From the NCBI GenBank assembly GCA_004022145.1, contig RCNU01000013.1: 64,000 bases of DNA. One strand, written 5' to 3'. The DNA is from Paecilomyces variotii (lineage: Eukaryota). The translations under genes and the position numbers were made by a program. Shown here piece after piece: positions 62,601 to 64,000 of the stretch. A model generated the notes under the pieces. The model was given only the letters and a program-made list of their open reading frames with translations. It had not been told where the DNA came from and did not search any database. The first letter of the stretch is position 1. Every line of letters begins with the position of its first letter.

Positions 62601-64000
62601 GTACTCCCATCCAGAACAACATGCAGGAACTCTGGGCGTTGCTTCATTTCATCATGCCAACATTGTTCGACTCCCACGATGAGTTCAGCGAGTGGTTCTC
62701 TAAGGATATCGAGTCGCATGCGCAGAGCAACACGAAGCTCAACGAGGATCAGCTGAGGCGTCTCCACATGATCTTGAAGCCTTTCATGCTGCGCCGTATC
62801 AAGAAACATGTCCAGCAAGAGCTTGGAGACAAGGTCGAGAAGGATGTCTTCTGTGATCTGACCTACCGTCAGCGCGCGTACTACGCCAACTTGAGAAACC
62901 GCGTCAGCATCATGGATCTCATCGAAAAGGCGGCCGTCGGTGACGATACAGATAGCACTACGCTGATGAACCTAGTGATGCAATTCCGGAAGGTCTGTAA
63001 CCATCCAGACCTGTTCGAGCGCGCTGAGACAAGGTCTCCTTTCTCCGTTGCACACTTCGCAGAGACAGCCTCTTTCCTCCGTGAAGGACAGAATGTCGAT
63101 GTTGGCTACTCCACACGGAGCCTGATCGAGTATGACCTGCCACGCATGCTGTGCGCTTCTGATGGCCGTGTTGACGTTCCAGGCCCGGGGAACAGTCGGG
63201 CTGGCTTCCGCGGGAAGTATCTTAATCATCTGATGAACATCTGGTCGCCTGAGAATATCAAGCAGAGTTCCGAAGACAATCAAGCCTTCTCGTTCTTGCG
63301 CTTCGCGGACACATCGCCCAGCGAGGCCTACGAGATGTCACACATTGGAATTTTTGAGCGCGCTGTTCGCCGTCGCGGCAAGGTCAATCGCCTTTCGCGA
63401 CTCAATGTTGTCTACGACGAAGAGGAGAACGTGAATTCTGTCCTACCTCATTCACTATTCAATATCGTCGAGCGCAACGATCGCCAGGCTACACACGAAG
63501 TCGCCTTGGAGGGTCGCATGCTCGAGCTCATGAATGTATCTAGGATGACCTTTGAGCGTGAAGGTCTCAGCATCATCGAGCCGTGCGCCAGCCCAATAGC
63601 CTCTGCCCCACCGATCACGATCAATTGCTCTGGCCAGGCTGCGATCCGCGAAACGCAGGACACGCTGTTCAACGTCTCTGTGCGTCATGCACTCTTTGGT
63701 GTGCCATCCAAGAAGATGGAGGAGCAGATCGTGGAAAAGAAACTGGACCCTACGCCGTATTCTTTGCCTCCTATGCTGCCCGAGCCACTTTCAGCCAAGG
63801 GACGCTACACGCACATCGAGGTGCCATCCATGCGGCGTTTCGTCACCGATTCGGGCAAGCTGGCGAAGCTGGACGAGTTGCTCCGCGAACTCAAGGCGGG
63901 TGGTCATCGTGTGCTGCTCTACTTCCAGATGACGCGTATGATCGATCTGATGGAAGAGTACCTGACTTACCGGAACTACAAGTACTGCCGTCTGGACGGA
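59602..64000 (+). CDS. ino80: INO80 chromatin-remodelling ATPase (SNF2 family), runs off the window; introns ~60127-60187 and 60646-60700
   Basis: DBINO region ([32 protein letters not shown]); [65 protein letters not shown]. Confidence 0.96.

Noticed and set aside
1-64000. CRISPR arrays, tRNAs, intact transposase or retroelement ORFs
   Set aside because: None seen; eukaryotic sequence with no repeat-spacer array, cloverleaf, or DDE/RT motifs recognised

Overview
Intron-containing, gene-dense filamentous-ascomycete DNA, probably Eurotiales. The main feature is a ~39 kb secondary-metabolite cluster (988-40182) between pex3 and an MFS/hemA pair. It encodes a ~3,900-aa PKS-NRPS hybrid (KS-AT-DH-[degenerate MT]-ER-KR-ACP-C-A-T-[degenerate R]), a stand-alone thioesterase, a P450, an FAD monooxygenase, a secreted BBE-type flavin oxidase, a secreted pepsin-fold protein with rewritten catalytic motifs, an NAD(P)-binding reductase, an MFS transporter and a Zn2Cys6 regulator. 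From recall, this gene set matches the pyranonigrin (pyn) / pyranterreone (pyt) tetramate-pyrone family but has no N-methyltransferase; no database search was run. The cluster is split by a ~6 kb island holding a dispersed 5S rRNA gene, a PNP_UDP-NACHT (NLR-like) gene broken by a ~1.67 kb internal inversion with mappable breakpoints, and an F-box-like gene. To the right lie an ACS-family MFS transporter, hemA, a DUF218 protein, an F-box gene with a premature stop, a second Zn2Cys6 factor, a SAM methyltransferase, a duplicated-domain protein, a degenerate inverted repeat, an ankyrin relic and the 5' part of ino80. Exon boundaries were read by eye from GT..AG signals.
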